A DNA stretch of 64,000 nt from Pseudomonadota bacterium (GTDB lineage Bacteria > Pseudomonadota > Gammaproteobacteria > JBCCGL01). Positions 49,654-59,366 of the stretch are shown here, piece by piece. Location of the stretch: NCBI GenBank assembly GCA_039029275.1, contig JBCCGL010000005.1, forward strand, positions 209,122-273,121, given 5' to 3'. How positions within the stretch are numbered: position 1 is the stretch's first letter; the number at the start of each line of letters is the position of its first letter. The position numbers and the translations under genes are program-made. The notes below the pieces were generated by a model. The model saw only the letters and a program-made list of their open reading frames with translations, searched no databases and was not told where the DNA came from.

Positions 49654-51357
49654 TCAGTTTACCGACAGTGCCCTTGAATCGGCCTCGAGCAATTCATAAA
49701 TCTTGCAGACAATTAACGCGCGTAACGCAATCGCCATATAATCAACGCGCGGCACATCTGGCACTTTAATCAGCGTTTTACGCGCCTTGTTCAGCAGCCT
49801 ATCGCACTGCCGCATGAAAGCGGACTTCTTTCTAACCGTAGATTTCTCAGCGTGCTTAACAATGAATTCAATCGCTTCGCTGGAAAAAACGCCCGTTTGC
49901 TGGCTACGTAAATATTCGAAAATATAAGCGACAACGTCTTCGCGTCCAAGAAATTCAGCCCTGCTGCTGGTCGAACCTTTACTCGCTAGCTTTATGTCCC
50001 CAGAGTTTTCCTCAACAATTTCTTTAAACAGAGATTTATCGTTACGGTAGGTATAGGGCTGGCTGCGAATGCTCTCCGCAATTTCCCGACTAAGCAGCGG
50101 GTTGATTAACTCGCAAAAATAAGATTTGATCAAATTTAGCCCCGCCAAACTGGCAGGCATGAGATAAGTAAAATAAAGTCGATCGATATAATCACCCATT
50201 TCCTCATTTTCTTTGATCATATCAGCTGGGTTGTAATCTTGAGCAGGCAATTTTAACTTTTGAATGAGTTCTTGCGTGTTCGAGTAGTCCTGTAGCCTGA
50301 AGAACCGCCAGTCTTTGTAGAGTTCCTCCGTTGTTTCGCGCCACGTATTCCCAAAAGCTTCGTCACCTCGAATGATGCCTTCAATGCCATCGTTGTAGAT
50401 ATTGCGCCACATTCGAAATCCATCGGTGTAACCCGATATGTTATCGACGAGGCCTTCTCCGTGCGCCACAAACGAATCAAAAACTCGACCAATCGTATCG
50501 ACGTTTTTAGGGTCTAACTCATAATAAGTGTGGGCAGTTTTGTATTTTTGACTCAACTCTGCTGCAACCGCAGCATCAGATCTTTTATCATCCCCTGATC
50601 GTGCTTTCCCCCAGGTTATAGAGCGCAGGTTCGGTTGCTCTCCGATTGCTTGAATAATGCCGCGGCTATCGTAGCCCCCTGAAAGCGCGATTGGCCACTT
50701 TGCAAAGTCGATACGCATACTGGAAACAGAATTTTTAATCGCGGATGCCAGCCGGGATTTGTGAGATTCTTTACTCGCTTGTTTCGGGCTGTAGCACAGT
50801 TCGGTCGTTTGCAATGCGCACGTCCAGGAATCCCTGTCCAGCGTCAAAATCGTATCGGGTGGCACACGGTGTAATCGATCGTCCCAGCTTATTTTTGCTC
50901 CCAGTACTCCGTTCGAGAGCATCCAGCCGGGTGCCTGCACGTTTGGAGAAAAGTTGCCCAGCAACGCAAGCAAAGCGCGCTGGGATGTGGCCGCGAGAAA
51001 TTTGTCTTCGTCGTGAAAATACCAGATCGGGCGCGAGCTATAGACGTCTGTAGCGACCTGAATATGAGTGCTGTCTCCGCGGAATAAAGCGTAACTGCCA
51101 TCTGGCGTATACCCGCCAACCTTATGCCACTCCTCTGAGTCATTCAAAAAATTTCCGACCGCAACGTTAATGCCGTTGACAGGGAGTGAATCTGGTTTGT
51201 TAATGACGCCTGCAACAATTCCATCGTTTTGTGCAACATGGGGCTCCAGGTACGCGATGTCAGCCGGTTCAAGCAGGTCGGATATTTTAACGATGTAATC
51301 CGAGACTGCTGCGGCTTCTGATCTGTCTACGAAACATGCACATATTGCGTGGGCCAT
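49654..51357 (-). CDS. asparagine-synthetase-family PP-loop amidotransferase lacking the N-terminal Cys nucleophile
   Basis: 567 aa. The PP-loop SGGYDSR and the surrounding AsnB-like synthetase domain are present. The N-terminus MAHAIC… has no MCG nucleophile. Confidence 0.7.
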   Translation of the reverse strand: MAHAICACFVDRSEAAAVSDYIVKISDLLEPADIAYLEPHVAQNDGIVAGVINKPDSLPVNGINVAVGNFLNDSEEWHKVGGYTPDGSYALFRGDSTHIQVATDVYSSRPIWYFHDEDKFLAATSQRALLALLGNFSPNVQAPGWMLSNGVLGAKISWDDRLHRVPPDTILTLDRDSWTCALQTTELCYSPKQASKESHKSRLASAIKNSVSSMRIDFAKWPIALSGGYDSRGIIQAIGEQPNLRSITWGKARSGDDKRSDAAVAAELSQKYKTAHTYYELDPKNVDTIGRVFDSFVAHGEGLVDNISGYTDGFRMWRNIYNDGIEGIIRGDEAFGNTWRETTEELYKDWRFFRLQDYSNTQELIQKLKLPAQDYNPADMIKENEEMGDYIDRLYFTYLMPASLAGLNLIKSYFCELINPLLSREIAESIRSQPYTYRNDKSLFKEIVEENSGDIKLASKGSTSSRAEFLGREDVVAYIFEYLRSQQTGVFSSEAIEFIVKHAEKSTVRKKSAFMRQCDRLLNKARKTLIKVPDVPRVDYMAIALRALIVCKIYELLEADSRALSVN

Positions 51358-51489
51358 ACTGACTCATATCCCAATTGAAATCTGAATTGCGTTTACACCG
51401 ATAAAGCAATGCAAAGATTGATGTGGTTCTCAAGTTACACATCACTTGGCAGGCGGTTGATTTCGGTGAGCACATCATACGCGAAACCA

Positions 51490-54400
51490 TTAATGAAAAT
51501 CCCTCGACTGGACTTCCAATCCGCTCAACAAATAGCTTATGTCTTCGAGGTGATCGGCAATTAAATGCAATACTCCATCCTCTTTTTGTACTTTACCTCT
51601 CACGCCTAATAAGTCCGACTGCAATAGCGCCTGTCGCTGTTTCTCCACAATCTTTGGCCAGACAATTGTATTGATAAAACCGTCTTCATCTTCCAGCGTG
51701 ACAAACACAACGCCCGCCGCTGTTCCCGGTCGTTGTCGATTAACCACCAGCCCCGCCACCAACGCTGTCTGATCCGTCTCCAGTTTCCACAGGTCAGATG
51801 AGTTCAGCGCACCGTATCCTTGCAAGGTTTCGCGCAGCATTGCCAGCGGATGTCTGCGCAAGGTAAGACCGGTTTGTCTGTAATCCGCCAGCACATCGTC
51901 TACTTCGGCAGGTGTACGCAACATCGGCTTAACCTCATCTGCCTCCGCCTCACGCAAAAGCGGCAACGCTTGCTCAACGCCGCTGACCTGCCAAAATGCG
52001 CTGTGTCGATGCCCGCTCAACTCGCGCAGCGCATCGGCGGCGGCGATGCATTCGATTTCCTGGCTGGACAAGCCGGTTCGATACATCAGTTCGCGCACAG
52101 AGGAAAACGCTCTCTGCGCCCGCACTTCACACAAACGTTCGACCGCGTTTTTGGATAAACCCTTAACCATGCGGAGCCCCAATCGCAGCTCGGCCTGACC
52201 CGCTTTGTTTTTCTCCAGCGTGCAATCCCACTCGCTCGCATTGATCTCGACGGGTCGAACAACCACACCATGCCGTCGCGCATCCTGAACCAGTTGATCC
52301 GGCCGGTAAAAACCCATTGGCCAGCTGTTGATTAAGGCGCAACAAAATGCGGCCGGATAATAGTTCTTCAACCACGAGGAGATGTAAGCGAGGTGCGCAA
52401 AACTGGCGGAGTGCGATTCCGGAAAACCGTAATCACCGAAACCTTTTATCTGCTCGAAGATACGCAGAAAGTATTCATCAGAGTAGCCGTTAGTTTTCAT
52501 TCCCGCGTAGAGTTTTTCACGATGCGGTTCCAGCCCGCCTTTGCGTTTCCACGCCGCCATGTCGCGCCGCAGTTGATCGGCCTCGCCCGCCGTGTAGTCC
52601 GCTGCGATCATCGCGAACTGCATGACCTGCTCCTGAAAAATTGGCACCCCGAGCGTACGCTCCAATACTCTTTTGACTTTCTCGCAGGGGTAAGTAACCG
52701 GCTCGCGCCCGTTTCGCCGCGCCAGATACGGGTGCACCATATGCCCCTGAATCGGCCCCGGCCGCATGATCGCGATCTCGATCACCAGATCGTAGTAATT
52801 CTCAGGGCGCAGGCGCGGCAGCATGCTCATCTGCGCGCGTGACTCGATCTGAAACACGCCGACAGTATCCGCTCGACAAATCATTTCATAAACCGACGGA
52901 TCCTCACGCGGGATATCCGTCAGCGCCATTGGCTCGGTGTCGTCAAAGTCGCCGATTAGTTTGAGCGCCTTGCGGATAGCCGTCAGCATGCCGAGCGCGA
53001 GCACGTCGACCTTCATCAACCCCAGCGCTTCGAGGTCGTCCTTTTCCCACTGGATAACGCGGCGGTCGGCCATCGCCGCGTTTTCAATCGGCACCAGTTC
53101 GGTGAGCTTGCCTTCGCTGATGACAAAACCGCCGACGTGCTGCGAGAGATGCCGCGGAAATCCGATGATGACGCCGACCAGATAAACAAATTGCCGGATG
53201 ACGAAGCTGTCCAGCGCGAGGCCACCGGCTTCAAGCTTGTCCTCGACGCGCTGATCCCACCAGGTGATCGACTTGGCCAGATGGTCGATTTGCTCCTGAC
53301 TCATGCCAAGCGCCTTGCCCACATCGCGAATCGCGCTGCGCGTGCGATAGGTGATCACGGTCGCGGCCAATGCCGTGCGCTCGTGGCCATATTTGTTATA
53401 GATGTACTGGATCACCTCCTCGCGCCGCTCGTGCTCGAAGTCCACATCGATATCCGGCGGCTCGGCGCGTTCACGCGAAACAAAGCGCTCGAACAACAGC
53501 TGCGTGCAGTCCGGGTGCACATTGGTAATACCGAGGCAAAAACAGACGATAGAGTTAGCCGCCGACCCGCGCCCCTGACACAGAATTTCCTGCTCGCGGG
53601 CAAACTTCACGATGTCGTAAACGGTGAGAAAGTAAGACTCGTATTGCAATTCGGCGATCAGTGCCAGCTCGCGCTCGACCACGCTGCGGTTTTTGTCCGA
53701 TATGCCATCCGGCCAGCGCTCCGCGATACCCCGCTCGGTTAGCTCGCGCAACCACGATCGCGGCGTATAGCCCGGCGGTACCACCTCGCGCGGGTAGCGG
53801 TACTCCTCACGCAATACGTCGAGCGAAAAATGACAGCGCTCTGCAATGCGCAGGGTTTCATCAAGCAGCACCTGCGGATAAATCGCCTGCAGTTGTTCGC
53901 GACTGCGCAGATGGCGCTCGCCGTTTTTGTGTTTGCGGTAGCCGAGTCGATCGACGCTGGTGCCGAGGCGAATCGCGGTGACGACATCCTGTAGCACGCG
54001 ACGCTTGCGCACGTGCATATGCACATCGCCGCTGGCGCACAGCGGTACCCCGTGTTGTTCGCCCATGGCCTGGAGTTGTTGTAACGTTTCCCTGTCGTCA
54101 CCTTCAAGCAACAGCTCGACGGCGATCCACAGCGCTTCACCAAAGCATCGTTGCAACCAGCGCAACGGTTCGTCGTCGAACTTGCCCGCGCTTCGTACGG
54201 GCGACCACAAGGCGATACAGCCTTTCGGAAAATACTGCTGCAGCATCTCACGGCTTAGCAAATACCGGCCTTTTTCCGCTGCGCAGCGCGCCATGCTGAT
54301 CAGGTGCGACAAGCGTCCGTAACTCGCGCGACTGGTCGCCAGCAGGACGAACCGCGTACCGTCGTCGAGCGTAAACTCGCTGCCAACGATTAATTTTATT

Positions 54401-54597
54401 TTGTCCCGCGCCGCCAAATGCGCCCGCGCCACGCCGCTGAGCGAGCACTCGTCGGTGATGGCAATCGCGCTGTAGCCCAGTTCAAGCGCGCGCGCGACCA
54501 ACTCCTGCGGGTGCGATGCACCGCGCAAAAAGGTGAAGTTGCTAAGGCAGTGCAGCTCGGCGTAGAAGGCACCTCGGCTGTCGTTTTGTGAGGGCAT
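51490..54597 (-). CDS. dnaE2: error-prone DNA polymerase III alpha-subunit homolog (DnaE2/ImuC)
   Basis: A PHP domain (AELHCLSNFTFLRGAS) and the polymerase core are present. It is about 1035 aa from MPSQND and sits in a lexA-imuA-imuB cassette. Confidence 0.9.
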   Translation of the reverse strand: MPSQNDSRGAFYAELHCLSNFTFLRGASHPQELVARALELGYSAIAITDECSLSGVARAHLAARDKIKLIVGSEFTLDDGTRFVLLATSRASYGRLSHLISMARCAAEKGRYLLSREMLQQYFPKGCIALWSPVRSAGKFDDEPLRWLQRCFGEALWIAVELLLEGDDRETLQQLQAMGEQHGVPLCASGDVHMHVRKRRVLQDVVTAIRLGTSVDRLGYRKHKNGERHLRSREQLQAIYPQVLLDETLRIAERCHFSLDVLREEYRYPREVVPPGYTPRSWLRELTERGIAERWPDGISDKNRSVVERELALIAELQYESYFLTVYDIVKFAREQEILCQGRGSAANSIVCFCLGITNVHPDCTQLLFERFVSRERAEPPDIDVDFEHERREEVIQYIYNKYGHERTALAATVITYRTRSAIRDVGKALGMSQEQIDHLAKSITWWDQRVEDKLEAGGLALDSFVIRQFVYLVGVIIGFPRHLSQHVGGFVISEGKLTELVPIENAAMADRRVIQWEKDDLEALGLMKVDVLALGMLTAIRKALKLIGDFDDTEPMALTDIPREDPSVYEMICRADTVGVFQIESRAQMSMLPRLRPENYYDLVIEIAIMRPGPIQGHMVHPYLARRNGREPVTYPCEKVKRVLERTLGVPIFQEQVMQFAMIAADYTAGEADQLRRDMAAWKRKGGLEPHREKLYAGMKTNGYSDEYFLRIFEQIKGFGDYGFPESHSASFAHLAYISSWLKNYYPAAFCCALINSWPMGFYRPDQLVQDARRHGVVVRPVEINASEWDCTLEKNKAGQAELRLGLRMVKGLSKNAVERLCEVRAQRAFSSVRELMYRTGLSSQEIECIAAADALRELSGHRHSAFWQVSGVEQALPLLREAEADEVKPMLRTPAEVDDVLADYRQTGLTLRRHPLAMLRETLQGYGALNSSDLWKLETDQTALVAGLVVNRQRPGTAAGVVFVTLEDEDGFINTIVWPKIVEKQRQALLQSDLLGVRGKVQKEDGVLHLIADHLEDISYLLSGLEVQSRDFH

Positions 54598-54608
54598 GAC
54601 CAGAAAGT

Positions 54609-56165
54609 TCAGCCGAACAGGCCATGCAGATACCACTGCTGCGGCTGATGCAGATCGCGATATACCCAGCACAGGCGCCCGTACGAATCGCGTGCGATGT
54701 AGTAGTCGCGCCGTACGTCGTGCTGATCCCACCAGCCCTGTTCGACGCGCTCCGGCCCCGATAACAAGGCCACGTCTTTAACGTCGAGTGCTTCGGCCTG
54801 CGGCAGCAACCAGAGGGGCCTGGGTTGATCGATTTTGTTCTGTGCAGGCGCTGCTGCCGTCACCAGCTGACTGGCGCGCTCGGGGCGAAAATCAGCGGGT
54901 GCGGTAACAGCAAAAATCGCGCGATCGCCCAGGCGCGCCTGAAGTTGTTCGAATAATGCCTGCGCGCTGCCTTGCTCTTCGCCATTGCGACCCGCCGGTG
55001 CCAGCAGTTGCGCATTGTGATAGCGGCACGGAAAAAAACGCGTCGCCGATAACTCGACGCTCACCACCGGTGCTGGAAGCTCAAGCTGTTGCAGACGCAC
55101 CTGTAGCAATGCGAAAAGACGATCGACGTCGTGCGTGGCGGTGCGCGTGCCGGTGATGATACTGGTGGCATTGCTGCGCTCGTGAAACAGACGCAGCTTG
55201 ACCCGATTAACGCCGAGATCGCGCGCGCGCAGAAAGTCGCCCAACTCCTCCAGCAAGGCATGCGCGGCCTGGCCGAGCTGATCGAGATCGGACACCTCAT
55301 GCATCAGTTCTTCGCTACGGCAGAAGCGCGGTTTGCGCCGGAAGGTTTCGCGCACATCCGCCGCCTCGCCCAGCAGCTTGTCGAGGTAGAGTAAAAACCC
55401 CGGCCCAAATCGCTTACCGAGTTGATCCTTTGGTAAGCGCCAGATATCGCGCAGCTCGCGCACGCCGCTGTTGTGCAGGCGCTGGCGCTCGCGCGCGTTC
55501 ATTGGCAGGTAGTCAGTCGGAATCCCGCCCAGCGCCGAGCGCAAATCCTGCCGCTCGCACACATTATTCGTGCTGCCCGTGCGTGCGAGTAACAGGCTCG
55601 CCGCCGGGGTCGGGCTCACCGCCATATAAAAAGCGTGCTGACGCTGCGAAAGTTGCTGCGCGACGCCGGTCTGGATCGCCTCCAGACTACCGAAGTAGGC
55701 GATACTTCGCTGCACTTCGAGCAGCAGGGCGTTGCCCGCGCACAGCGTTACCTGCGAAGTGAACTGCTGCATCAGTAGCGCGAGTTGATACAGGCGTTTT
55801 TTCTGCACGACGCGATCGATCGGACGCAGCTGGAGTTGCGGGCAGATCGCATAGGCCGCACTCAGCAACATGCCTTTTTTGACCCCGCCCCTGTGCGCCA
55901 GCTGCGATGCAGTGTGGATGCGCTCGCGCCCCTTGTCGCGCACAAAGGTTGCAACCGGCCGTTGCGCGTGATCCTCAACTACTGCCTCGAGGCTGATTCT
56001 CGGCAGGTATATCGCCAGCCATAACGCGGCGCGCGCTGGAGTGCGCGATTCGATAACAGGCGTCGTAGGGTGTTGCGGCTGCTTGGGTTGTGCAAGCTGT
56101 TCTGGCGACTGATCCGGCTGCGTATCGAACAGAGGCAATGAGGCTGGGGTTTTGAGCTTGACCAC
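54609..56165 (-). CDS. imuB: ImuB (Y-family polymerase-like, catalytically inactive-type) protein
   Basis: UmuC-like fold pattern (…LWLAIYLPRISLEAV…). Position is between imuA and dnaE2. Confidence 0.8.
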   Translation of the reverse strand: MVKLKTPASLPLFDTQPDQSPEQLAQPKQPQHPTTPVIESRTPARAALWLAIYLPRISLEAVVEDHAQRPVATFVRDKGRERIHTASQLAHRGGVKKGMLLSAAYAICPQLQLRPIDRVVQKKRLYQLALLMQQFTSQVTLCAGNALLLEVQRSIAYFGSLEAIQTGVAQQLSQRQHAFYMAVSPTPAASLLLARTGSTNNVCERQDLRSALGGIPTDYLPMNARERQRLHNSGVRELRDIWRLPKDQLGKRFGPGFLLYLDKLLGEAADVRETFRRKPRFCRSEELMHEVSDLDQLGQAAHALLEELGDFLRARDLGVNRVKLRLFHERSNATSIITGTRTATHDVDRLFALLQVRLQQLELPAPVVSVELSATRFFPCRYHNAQLLAPAGRNGEEQGSAQALFEQLQARLGDRAIFAVTAPADFRPERASQLVTAAAPAQNKIDQPRPLWLLPQAEALDVKDVALLSGPERVEQGWWDQHDVRRDYYIARDSYGRLCWVYRDLHQPQQWYLHGLFG

Positions 56166-56174
56166 GGTGTCGCC

Positions 56175-56819
56175 TCAGGCCGCGTGCGGCGGCGTGAACG
56201 GCAGTGGCAGCTGTACATCAATGCTCGGCGTGGCAAAACTGCCGCGCGCCTTGAGTACGTCAACGCGCACGCCTTGCAGCGCGGGCGATAGCTTAAGGCG
56301 TAGCGCCGCCGGGGAGTGTTCGGTTGGCGCATTGCAAAACAAAACCGCGAGTGCGTTGCCCTGCTCGGCAGCTAGCTGTAAGCGCCGCAGTACTTTACGC
56401 GGAAATTGTCTTGCCCACGCCAGCACCAGCCCGCAGGCACCGGATTGCAGCGCTTTTTCGATACACCAGTGGCGCTCGGCCTCGCTGCGGGTTTGCGCAA
56501 CCACGGCGACGTGATCAAGATTGATTTCGCAACCAAGCAACGCCGGTGCGTAAGGCAAATACGGTGGGCACACCCACAGCTGACTGGACTGGCGCTGCGA
56601 CAGCGTGCGCATTAGCGGCGCCAACAGGCGTATCTCACCAACGCCCCAGCGCGGTGCGATCAATTCGATCAAGGCCTTATCCGGCCAGCCGCCGGTGGGC
56701 AAGCGGTTATCGAGCTGCGCGTGACCGCTCGGCCAGTGCTTGAATTGCGCCGCATACGCCGACCGACCACGCCACACGGCGGGGTTGTCGATCAGAAGTT
56801 GTTGCAGCGCATCGCTCAC
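56175..56819 (-). CDS. imuA: ImuA (RecA/SulA-like) SOS-mutagenesis protein
   Basis: 214 aa. …AGEIRLLAPLM… resembles the RecA-fold core of ImuA. It lies between lexA and imuB. Confidence 0.75.
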   Translation of the reverse strand: MSDALQQLLIDNPAVWRGRSAYAAQFKHWPSGHAQLDNRLPTGGWPDKALIELIAPRWGVGEIRLLAPLMRTLSQRQSSQLWVCPPYLPYAPALLGCEINLDHVAVVAQTRSEAERHWCIEKALQSGACGLVLAWARQFPRKVLRRLQLAAEQGNALAVLFCNAPTEHSPAALRLKLSPALQGVRVDVLKARGSFATPSIDVQLPLPFTPPHAA

Positions 56820-56839
56820 GGCTCGTGACTACCCAGGAT

Positions 56840-57457
56840 TTACCAATGGCGCAGCACGCCGACGGCGATGCCTTCGATCGACAGCGACTGCTTTTGCAGA
56901 TCGACAATAATCGGCGGGAAGTGCTCATTCTCGGCTTGCAGGTAGATTTTGTCGCCGCGTTTGCGCAGGCGTTTGACCGTGACTTCGTCGTGCAGGCGTG
57001 CGACCACAATCTGGCCATTGTCTGCATCCGGCTGGCGTTTTACCGCGAGCAAGTCGTCGTCCAGAATCCCGATATCGCGCATACTCTCACCGCGCACGCG
57101 CAGCAGGTAGTCGGCCTTGGGGCGGAAAAATTCGGGATCGATACGGCAGTAGTCCTCGATGTGCTCCTCGGCCAGAATCGGCGAGCCCGCTGCCACCTGA
57201 CCGACAATCGGCAAGCCGCGCGATCTGGCGGCACGTTTGCTCTCCTGCTGCACAATGCGAATGCCGCGCGAGGCGTTCGGAATCAGTTCGATTGCGCCCT
57301 TTTTCGCCAGCGCCTGCAAGTGACCGCGCACACCGTTGGGCGAGCTAAGCTCGAGCGCTGCCGCGATCTCAGCCACCGTTGGCGGCATGCCGTGGAGTTT
57401 CAAGTGGCGGCTGATACAGTCCAGCACCTGCTGCTGGCGTTCGGTTAATTCATCCAT
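56840..57457 (-). CDS. lexA: LexA repressor
   Basis: The N-terminal [15 protein letters not shown]…, the Ala-Gly cleavage site (VAAGSP) and the S24 Ser/Lys dyad (…RVRGESMRD…VKRLRK…) identify LexA. The start is set at MDELTERQ. Confidence 0.9.
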   Translation of the reverse strand: MDELTERQQQVLDCISRHLKLHGMPPTVAEIAAALELSSPNGVRGHLQALAKKGAIELIPNASRGIRIVQQESKRAARSRGLPIVGQVAAGSPILAEEHIEDYCRIDPEFFRPKADYLLRVRGESMRDIGILDDDLLAVKRQPDADNGQIVVARLHDEVTVKRLRKRGDKIYLQAENEHFPPIIVDLQKQSLSIEGIAVGVLRHW

Positions 57458-57473
57458 CTGGATTGCTCTTAAT

Positions 57474-57504
57474 CTGTTTATATAAACACTGTTCAAATAA
57501 ACAG
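57474..57504 (-). promoter_or_regulatory. two tandem overlapping LexA (SOS) boxes upstream of lexA
   Basis: CTGTTTATATAAACAC (CTGT-N8-ACAC) abuts CTGTTCAAATAAACAG (a perfect CTGT-N8-ACAG), 17-47 nt upstream of the lexA start. Confidence 0.75.
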
Positions 57505-57611
57505 TATATGATGATTATGGATTATTCAAGTCGATCCGGAAAACCGAGTGTAATTTGGCCAATTTACCCTCACGCGGCATACTCTTGGGGTTATTGTCCG
57601 GACAACCCCTG

Positions 57612-58427
57612 ATGACCGATTCAACCTCGCTCACACCTGTTCTCTTCATCCCGCACGGCGGCGGGCCGCTGCCTTTGATCGACGATCCGGCGCACGCCTC
57701 GCTCAGTCGCTTTCTCGGCGCCGCGGCGCAGTATTGCCCGGACCCAGATGCCATCGTCGTGTTTAGCGCGCATTGGGAGGAGGATGTCGCCGTGATCGGC
57801 AGTCACCCGAACCCGGCCTTAATTTACGACTACTACGGCTTCCCCGAAGAAACCTACCGCATCGAATATCCGGCACCCGGCGCGCCCGATTTGTGTGATG
57901 AGATCACGACACTGCTCGAGCGCACCGGCATTGAGTCGCGGCAAGACAGCGAACGCGGTTTCGATCACGGTTTGTTTGTGCCGCTGAAAATGATGTACCC
58001 GCAGGCAAATATTCCATGCGTGCAGGTGTCCTTGCTCAAATCGCTCGATGCAGCGGCGCACATCGAGATCGGCCGCGCGCTGGCACCGCTGCGAGAGAAA
58101 AATATACTGCTGCTCGGGTCCGGCATGTCGTTCCACAATCTGCGCACCTTGATGCGCCCGGAGTCCGAAACGCACACGTTAAGCGTTGAGTTTGACGACT
58201 GGTTGCGTGAGACCTGCTGCGACGAGCATCTGCAAAGTGCTGAGCGGACGCAGCGACTGATCAACTGGAAGGAGGCACCCGCCGCCGCCTACAGCCACCC
58301 GCGCGAGGAGCATCTGCTGCCACTGCACATGTGCTTTGGTGCCGCGACCAAAACCACGACACCCGCGCGACTGATTTACAACGATCAACTGATGAGCGCG
58401 CAAGTGAGCGCGTTGCTGTGGCAATGA
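57612..58427 (+). CDS. class-III extradiol ring-cleavage dioxygenase (LigB/YgiD 4,5-DOPA-dioxygenase-like)
   Basis: …VLFIPHGGGP… and …FSAHWEE… are LigB-family metal-binding His blocks. The start is taken at MTDSTS. Confidence 0.75.
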   Translation: MTDSTSLTPVLFIPHGGGPLPLIDDPAHASLSRFLGAAAQYCPDPDAIVVFSAHWEEDVAVIGSHPNPALIYDYYGFPEETYRIEYPAPGAPDLCDEITTLLERTGIESRQDSERGFDHGLFVPLKMMYPQANIPCVQVSLLKSLDAAAHIEIGRALAPLREKNILLLGSGMSFHNLRTLMRPESETHTLSVEFDDWLRETCCDEHLQSAERTQRLINWKEAPAAAYSHPREEHLLPLHMCFGAATKTTTPARLIYNDQLMSAQVSALLWQ

Positions 58428-59341
58428 ACGCACTGAACGCATCGCCGGTCGGATTTATCGGCCTCGGCAATATGGGGTCGGGCATGGCGCGCTGCCTGCT
58501 TGACGCCGGCGTACCATTGCATATTTTCGATTGCGATTTGAAACGTTGTGAGACGTTTTCCGACTCAACCGCGGTGGTATGCAACACCCCAGCCGACCTC
58601 GTACGACACTGCGACCTGATCTTTCTATGTCTGCCTTATGCACCTGAAGTGCGCGATGTTCTGTTTGGTCCAGAGGCGATCGCAAATGAAAACAACCGCG
58701 GCAAACGCATTATCGATTGCACCACGCTCGATCACCGCGACGCGCTCACCATTGCAGAACAACTAAGTTCACTCGATATCGACTACAGCGACGCGCCGGT
58801 CTCCGGTCTGGTGCAGCGCGCGCACGATGGCACTCTCACCGTGATGTTTGGCGGAAGCGCCAGCGCGTTCGAAGTCGCGAAACCGTATCTGGACTGTTTT
58901 GGCAGCAAGGTCCTGCACTGTGGCAGTGTGGGGTCTGGTCAGGCGATGAAGGCCTTCAACAATATTCTCTACAACATCAATATCGCCGGACTCTGCGAAG
59001 TGTTGCCGCTCGCGGTCGCGACGGGGCTCGATCCGCAAACTCTTGCAAACGTTGTCACCAGCGGCAGCTCCAGCAGCTTTGCTTCGCAGCATTTCGTACC
59101 CAAAATTCTTGCGCGCGAATTTAGCGGCGACTACCCGATGGCAAAGGCGTACAAAGACATTGAGAACGTAGCGGGCATCGTCGCTGATTTCGATACTCCC
59201 ACACCGATGATTGATGCAATGAAATCGGTTTACAATTCCGCAATGGAAAACGGCTATGGCAACGAGCCCAAAAGCGCGATGATCAAAGTGTTTGAAAAAT
59301 CGCTGGGCGTCACATTGTCCAATGAACCAACATCGAACTAA
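58424..59341 (+). CDS. NAD(P)-dependent beta-hydroxyacid dehydrogenase (3-hydroxyisobutyrate/2-hydroxy-3-oxopropionate reductase family)
   Basis: The Rossmann motif GFIGLGNMGSGMA and the HIBADH catalytic Lys block (…GSGQAMKAFNN…) are present. The ATGA overlaps the upstream gene. Confidence 0.8.
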   Translation: MNALNASPVGFIGLGNMGSGMARCLLDAGVPLHIFDCDLKRCETFSDSTAVVCNTPADLVRHCDLIFLCLPYAPEVRDVLFGPEAIANENNRGKRIIDCTTLDHRDALTIAEQLSSLDIDYSDAPVSGLVQRAHDGTLTVMFGGSASAFEVAKPYLDCFGSKVLHCGSVGSGQAMKAFNNILYNINIAGLCEVLPLAVATGLDPQTLANVVTSGSSSSFASQHFVPKILAREFSGDYPMAKAYKDIENVAGIVADFDTPTPMIDAMKSVYNSAMENGYGNEPKSAMIKVFEKSLGVTLSNEPTSN

Positions 59342-59366
59342 CTGACTCAGTTTTTAGAGCACAATC

